Shown here one piece after another: positions 58,501 through 64,000 of a DNA stretch of 64,000 nucleotides. The notes beneath the pieces are model-generated. The model worked only from the letters and a program-made list of their open reading frames with translations. It was not told the DNA's origin and made no database searches. Source of the DNA: Marsupella aquatica (lineage: Eukaryota; Plantae; Marchantiophyta); the NCBI GenBank assembly GCA_973895155.1, contig OZ316899.1, positions 10,381,135 to 10,445,134 of the forward strand, in the 5' to 3' direction. Numbering within the stretch: the first letter of the stretch is position 1; the number at the start of each line of letters is the position of its first letter. The translations under genes and the position numbers were made by a program.

Positions 58501-60237
58501 GAGTACTAGGAAGTATCTGAAGGGGCCTGATGGGGGGTCTATAGGGCCACACACATCCGCATGTAGGCGTTCAAGGAATCGGGGTATAGCGTGTATGGTT
58601 TTGTCAATGGAGGGGCGTATGATAAGTTTACCCTGGGAACATGCTGTGCAGATCTGTTTACTTTGGGACGGGTGGACGCCAAGTGGGATGCCTACTGTGT
58701 CCTGAATGATTCTGTGGTACATGGTAGTACCTGGATGACCAAGGCGAAGATGCCATCGGTCCGTAAGTGTTCTGGTTGCCTTTTCTGTGTGATATGAATA
58801 TATGTGAGTGATATAGAGGCCAGGGGGATGGTTTAACAGGGTCTCTTTGATTATAAGTCCTGTATTGGTTTCGGCCAAAATGTGCAGTACTTCCTGCCGA
58901 TCTTGTTTGCTGGTATGAATGTGTAGGTTGTTGTCCCGTATATCACGAAAACTTATCAAGTTTCGGGTGGCTGTAGGGGCGTATATGGCTGATCGAATAC
59001 GGATGGTTGTTCCGCCAGGAAATCGGACGATTGCTGGGCCATTGCCCTCTTCAATGTGATTCTGTCCAGTGATGGTTGTGACAGGACGGTTAGATTGAAG
59101 GATCTTAGTGAAGTATTTCTTGTGGCGTAGTATCGAATGAGATGTTCCGCTGTCCACAATACAATGTGTGGGAGCAGGATCGGCAGGGAGGTCGCTTTGT
59201 AAACTAACTGTATGAACCTCAGGTAAAGGTGAAGAGACTACGTAATGGTCAAGGTCATTGGGTGCCTCTAGGAAATTGCCGTGACGTCCGGGGCCTGGTT
59301 GATGCAAATTATCTTGATATAGCTTAACTAAGTGGGCAGGGGCTCGACAAACGTTTTGTGTGTGACCTTTAGTTCCACATCTAAAACAGGTGGGAGTGTC
59401 AGACTTATCTCTGTTATAGGTGAGGTAGTCTCGTCCTCTGCCGCGGACGAAGCTGCGGCCTCCTCCTCTGTTGCCTCTCCGGTTCCAGGTTCGTCCCGGT
59501 GGTGTTTGCCAATCGTTGCTCCTGCCCATGCCCCGGTCGAAACGGCCTCGTCCTCTTCCTGTCGAACGTCCTCTGCTGCGACTGAAACTTCTGCCTCTGC
59601 CTCTGGTGCTGCCTTCTCCTCTGTTGAAGTGGGTCTCGGTCTTGGTTGGTGGTGCAGCACTGCCGGGTGGTCGAGTTTTGGCGTTTTCAAGGAGCAAAAT
59701 CTGGTGCTTTTCTGCTAATAGCATGTAAGCGATTAGTTCAGAATATTTGGTAAAGTTCATATTACGGTATTGTGCTGAGAGTACCAGGTTTGTAGCATGA
59801 AATGTCGATAACGTCTTCTCGATTTGTTCTTCGTCGGATACAGGGTGATCGCACACTGCTAGCTGTGAAGTGATACGAAATAACTCGCTGTTATAATTGG
59901 CAATTGTAGCATGGTCTTGAACTCGTAAGTTGATCCAATCATGGCGTGCTGCAGGGAGTGATATAGTTTTCATGTGATCAAATCGAGATTGTAGGTCCTC
60001 CCAGAGTAAGCGTGGGTTGTATTGATTCAAGTACTGTCGCTTCAATGGGGCTGCTAAGTGGTGACGGATGAGGATGAGGGCCTTTGCCTTCTCTTGAAGA
60101 GTGCATCCAGCGTCTGTGGTGATCGTGTCTTGGAGAGATTTGGAGCTGAGATGTGCTTCAATATCCAGGGACCACGATAAGTAATTGGCCCCATCGATTG
60201 ACAGTGCCTCAAATAAGAGTTTCTCTACGGTAGTCAT
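55600..60237 (-). CDS. copia gag-PR-IN-RT-RNase H polyprotein (1545 aa)
   Basis: LSIDGANYLSW gag start, CFRCGTKGH, IVDSGTSH, WHLRLGHP, RVDNAGEF, YKARLVAKG, IYVDDL, ADAGY, ADLFTK. Confidence 0.97.
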   Translation of the reverse strand: MTTVEKLLFEALSIDGANYLSWSLDIEAHLSSKSLQDTITTDAGCTLQEKAKALILIRHHLAAPLKRQYLNQYNPRLLWEDLQSRFDHMKTISLPAARHDWINLRVQDHATIANYNSELFRITSQLAVCDHPVSDEEQIEKTLSTFHATNLVLSAQYRNMNFTKYSELIAYMLLAEKHQILLLENAKTRPPGSAAPPTKTETHFNRGEGSTRGRGRSFSRSRGRSTGRGRGRFDRGMGRSNDWQTPPGRTWNRRGNRGGGRSFVRGRGRDYLTYNRDKSDTPTCFRCGTKGHTQNVCRAPAHLVKLYQDNLHQPGPGRHGNFLEAPNDLDHYVVSSPLPEVHTVSLQSDLPADPAPTHCIVDSGTSHSILRHKKYFTKILQSNRPVTTITGQNHIEEGNGPAIVRFPGGTTIRIRSAIYAPTATRNLISFRDIRDNNLHIHTSKQDRQEVLHILAETNTGLIIKETLLNHPPGLYITHIYSYHTEKATRTLTDRWHLRLGHPGTTMYHRIIQDTVGIPLGVHPSQSKQICTACSQGKLIIRPSIDKTIHAIPRFLERLHADVCGPIDPPSGPFRYFLVLIDASSKWSQVSLLSTRNLVFSRILSNILKLRSQFPDHPICTLRVDNAGEFTSRTFDTYCETAGIDVQYPVPHVHFQNGIAESLIKRLQMIARPLLLQTNLPISAWGHAIIHASSLIRYRPSAYNQYTPHHLLFGIPPNVSHLRIFGCKVLVPILGPKRTKMGPQRQQGIYVGFDSPSIIRYLEPSTADLFKARFLDCDFIEDDFPKLMENQTPVYTPDLQWQLKPSFQHDPRTVQTEAEVQKILHLQQMLEKLPDAFNDAANVTQSLTPAANAPARIQPTRLATEALPRAKRGRPLGSKDSQPRQCRTTPIVPTIPSPTPAPPGPQPTLVNDNDEIAIQYMHSGQIWKRETTTIDDAFAYMISKEITNDTPDPLTVTECQSRPDWPQWEAAINSELDSLIKRQVFGPITSAPTHSHLTGYRFIFVRKRNAKGEVVRYKARLVAKGYTQIPGQDYDLTHSPVMDSITYRYMIAFALLHKLVMHILDVITAYLYGMLDTKIYMKAPPELLNRLSFHIQGEKSGISVQSLRSGMIQMVPTEPLIAQITNAGPTVHSGGLYSPHNTHQVPPARSKRPQMEYAVQILRSMYGLKQSGRMWYKRFQAEMLALGFINDELAPCLFLKSEAEEFVIIAIYVDDLNIFGTPQLTAHTLRILKGTFEMRDLGPPNFCLGIQFDYLHNGILISQSTYTEKILRQFNMQTAHPVSTPMELRSLDTNKDMFRRRGETEPLLGSDKPYLSAIGALMYLANQTRPDISFAVNLLARHSSQPTIRHWNGLKRIFRYLKGTVDVGLFFPKDAEDKLIGFADAGYLSDPGDAKSQTGYVFLQGGTAISWRSSKQTLTTTSSNHAEIIALYEACRECVWLRSMLHHIHKHTGRQQSKAPTTIYEDNRPCVDQIAHGFIKGDRIKHISPKFFYTHEQHGDQIQVEWIPSRDNRADLFTKPLPPLLHKEHSYGIGMRSLSTLHTEQI

Positions 60238-60557
60238 TGCCTCTATCCAGGGTAGTCTATGAATGTGAACTGTTGGAAAATCAATGTCGAATGTTCAGAA
60301 TGCTATAAATGTCAGATTTAGTGACCTTGAGCATTTTCGTGTGGAGTTCGTGGATGGATGACTGTGGCGCTCTTCCTTCGTAAAAGTGAATGTGGGCGAT
60401 TTGATGGAATGCAAAGTCTCGCTGTAGGAATAATCGTTGATCAATTGGGCGTCGCTTCACAAAGTTCGGAAGAAAAAAAAATTGCGAAGATGAGAGAGGA
60501 TGAGTCGTGGGTAGTGCGTCAGTGAAAAAAAAAAATTCTGTGCTCAGCTTTGGCAGC

Positions 60558-60571
60558 TCGTGCTGATAACG
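60558..60571 (-). promoter_or_regulatory. Half-tRNA-type PBS of element E (tRNA-Ile anticodon arm)
   Basis: Minus strand CGTTATCAGCACGA abuts the 5' LTR; no TGG-type PBS present. Confidence 0.7.
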
Positions 60572-61108
60572 TATTCAGAGACAAGAAGATGAATAAGAAC
60601 ATACACCAACAACTGGAGGTTCCCTCCAACTTCCATTACCTTATAGTCCCTAAGGACTCGATCTATTACATGCGGTTAGGTTGTTACTAACAACCTAAGC
60701 TTCGGTTAGTTAGGACTAACTAACTCTACTAACATGACTCGGGTTAGTGTTAACTTCATATTACAACACATTTGGCTTAAAAAGTGTACATTTAAGTGCA
60801 TTTGGTCTAGAAAGTGTAGCTTTGAGTGCAACAAAGTGTACATTTGGCCTAAAAAGTGTACCAACTCTTATTATAATCATTTAAAAGAAAGGAATGAATA
60901 GAAAAATATTTTTAATTATGCAAAAAAAGCAAACATTCATATTCATAACGATCAAAAGTTTAGAAAATGAGGAGATAGTATAACTAACACTCAATGGCAT
61001 GGTCTCACATTAAAACTATTAAAATAGTAAATAACTAGTAGGTACTTGTTACTATCTAAGTAACTATCTATTTAATAATTATTATAGCTTCGCAAGTAAC
61101 AACTAAGT

Positions 61109-63382
61109 CTACTTGTCCATCCTTTGGAGATAACTTTGGACAGTTTGTAGAACATTTCGGGGAATCTTCAAACCTCTGCCCGCCATGTTTTCTTCTTTCA
61201 TTCCAGATTTAAAACCATACATTGCAAAATTTGCATACTGCCAATGTTGAGCGTTCTCACCAAACCCTGGATCTCGTTCCCATGTCTTAGTGGACATGAA
61301 GCAGGTTAGATACTGTGCACTCTCAGTCACATCAAGTTTAGAGTGTTTAGGCCTCCACCATTCGACTGGAAACATTGGAGCATATTGTTGAGGCAGAGGA
61401 GGGTTTGTTGGAGATGTAGTTGGGACTTCATGCTTAGGGTCAACCGAACCCAAAGCTCTCACCAACCAGAAATGACCTCCACCATTTTTATTCTCCCAGT
61501 CATCCTCGGGTCGAAGAAATACAAAGTTCCCTTCACAAATATCCTGTAGGGGAATCCACCGTCCTTGTTCTCTCTCAGCTCGAGATCCAACAAATGGTGC
61601 CGCTTGATCTTCCATCTCTTCCAAGACCTCATTTTGAAGAGCCGTCATCTCCGCATTCTCCTCATCTTCACTTGGAGGACCACTTTGTTCCGGTTGGTTG
61701 ACCTTGTAACCAGTGCCATGGTTAGTCTTAGACCAAAATCCGTTTTTCAAGGGAAATTGAGTACTCCCCCCCCCCCCTTCTAGTGCAAGCCCATTTGTCA
61801 ACAACTCCACAATTCTCTCCCAATATTTCACAAGAGGAAATCTTTCCTTATATGCTATAGATGTCTCATCAGTGCAACTCCTTCTCAAAAAATAAAGGTA
61901 CTTGGTAAGAAATGGGATAATCTCTTCAGATTTTTTGTGTATCTCTCCAATGGATTTAGCTAAGGGCTCTCCACTAGGTAAAAGAAGAGAATTTGTTGTT
62001 AGATCTGTTGCCCAAATGCACCTTCCACCAACTGGAGCCCAAGCTTGCTTTACATGGGACTTATACTAAAATATTGGTACATTATCTCTCATAGAGAAAA
62101 GAAATGATACAGGTTTTGAGTGACCTTGAATATCTTTAACTTTGAAAGTTTGAAGATATTCTTTGTAAGATGCAACTTCTTGTATCAATCTGGGAACTGG
62201 ATGAATGCTCTCACATTCCCAAACCTCTGCCATAAGAGCAAGGAGAGTTGCAACTTCCTTGTGCTGAACTTGATATGATACCTTCGAAAAGAGTGCATCA
62301 ACATCTTCGTGCGTATGACCAACCATAAGAAAAGACATTTGAACAGTTTCAAATACTCCTCTACTCACAAGCTCACTACAAAATGCCATGACAGTCTGGT
62401 TTTTGTTATCCTTTGCTGAGTTATCCATTTGCAATGTTAGGTGCCAACGCAAGGGCTTGAAAGATGGACTGCCTTGTTCCCCATGCATGTCCCCTCCTTG
62501 ATCCTCACCATGTTGGGTGGAGACCGTCTCCGTCTGACTCTCAACTGCATCTTCAGAACCAATATACCTATTCATTGGAATACTCTTTGGTTCCAAATAT
62601 CCCTTAAAAAATGCATCAAAGTCAAGAAGGGCTTGAAAGAAAGGTCTATGAGGTTCCAAATAAAGGCCATCCAACATGTCACCTGTCTTGTCTCCATTGT
62701 ACTCTTCAAGGTCTCGAAGACACTTAGCCAAGGATGTCACCGTGAAATCGGCATCTCCTGGCCAAAGGCCAGTGACACTAAAGTGTGCATAGACTCCTGG
62801 ATCCCTTCCGTGGGTCAACATCCCTGTGAGAGCAATAGGTAGCGGCATCCCATGACCCGAAAGTGATTTAGGAGTACTGACCATTTTTGGAATCCACGTC
62901 TTTGCTTGATCCTTCTTGTCGTGAATGATGCAAAGATATTCCCCTGGATGTTGCTTAGCCAACACTCGATGAGCATAGTAAACATATCTACGTGACATTT
63001 GCTCACGAAGATGTTGCGCTCGTTTTTCTTCAATTTCAGCATGTTCTTTTTTCCTTCTTTCTCGCATCAAACTATCTTTGTATTCACAACAAAGAGTACA
63101 CTTGGCAAATGCACCATCTTTATGGAAACTGAAGTTTGCGAATGATTTGCTCCAAATCTTGTATAGAGTATTCTCTGTAACTGGAGGAAGCCCCTCTTCC
63201 TTCATCTTTGTTCTCACATCTTCCAAAATCTCCAGCTTCTTGTAACATGCTGGAAGACGATATTCAGTGGAGTCTGTCCCATGAGCCCCAGCATAAGGTA
63301 TATGAGGCATGGGCTCTGCATTTCGAGTCAAAAAATCCTCCAACAGAGCTCGTGCATGCAAGGTATTTGACCTTGTTTTCAT
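61109..63382 (-). pseudogene. Sola-like DD(E/D) transposase with one in-frame TAG at 62066
   Basis: AKCTLC zinc motif, QMDNSAKDNKN, FLMVGHTHEDVDALFS. ORFs 62066..63382 and 61109..61888 are in frame across a stop-free linker. Superfamily call is from motif memory only. Confidence 0.68.
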
Positions 63383-64000
63383 GGAGCCCTGTTTCCATGG
63401 AACCCAATTTTGCAGCCCTCCACATATCTCCCTTTGTAGTCATCATACTCTGCAACTGTGTGTGATATTGCTCAAATCAACCAGAATTCGGTCCCGTAAG
63501 GAATAAGGAAAGCGTTTTACTCCGGTTTTATGGTATTTGAAATCTAAAAGTGATTTCTTTACTGGTTCTTCTCTCAGAATCCTAAAATGATTCTTCCGTA
63601 AACTCCTTAATCAACAAATTCATAAGGTCTTACTTTTTATCAATAGGTAATCGGATTTTCATGTATCCTGGACTTCCATATACTCAAAAGAGATCGGCTT
63701 TACATCCAATGACTTACTACAATTCTCTTTTCCCTAGATATCAAAGTTTCACTCTTAAAAATCCATGAGTTTGAAATAAGTTTGATGTTTTCAATGCACA
63801 ATGTGGTACATTTCCTTTTGATTTAATCTTCCCTCCTAAGCCCAAGATTGGCATGAGAGAAAGACCCAAAATGATCAAAGATTAAGTTTGCAAGGAAAAG
63901 ACATAAACATTTGCTTGGGAGTCCAAATGTAGGGGGCTCCCTCATAACATGGGAGAAACCAAAGGGTTTTCTCCTAAGTTGAGAAATCTATTCCTATCTA

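Larger units (their letters stand above)
55082..60768 (-). mobile_element. Element E: intact Ty1/copia element, Bianca-like
   Basis: Identical 197-bp LTRs (55082-55278 and 60572-60768) with TG...TA ends; TSD CATTT; PPT CAAGGGGGAG; single intact ORF. Confidence 0.96.

Overview
The window is almost entirely nested transposable-element DNA from a plant genome, probably a non-seed plant (inferred from the TE lineages). No host gene is supported. Main components: (A) a decayed chromovirus-type Ty3/gypsy element (<1-23620) whose LTRs appear to end AGT...ACT. (B) Inside A, a young, nearly intact minus-strand Ty3/gypsy element (2285-17834, TSD ACTAC) with 4663-bp LTRs that each carry a 1122-codon ORF, plus a clear -1 frameshift signal between gag-pro and pol. 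(C) A decayed relative of B with a homologous ORF, itself interrupted by an A-family LTR fragment and a non-autonomous LTR element (F). A CACTA transposon remnant (31347-48993) carries a SET-domain exon that appears to share its first exon with the transposase. (D) A Ty3/gypsy-type element (39256-48905) has a DNMT3-like cytosine methyltransferase in-frame between protease and RT and a PHD finger after integrase. D lacks normal LTRs and a tRNA PBS. It has split direct repeats (A1...B1-A2-B2), a 4-bp TSD and a self-complementary primer site that covaries in a second, decayed copy (D2, 49876-52908). (E) An intact Bianca-like Ty1/copia element (55082-60768) has identical LTRs. The window also holds three MITEs, a solo LTR and a Sola-like transposase pseudogene. 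Element D is the best candidate for an undescribed system. All calls come from reading the sequence by eye; no searches were run.
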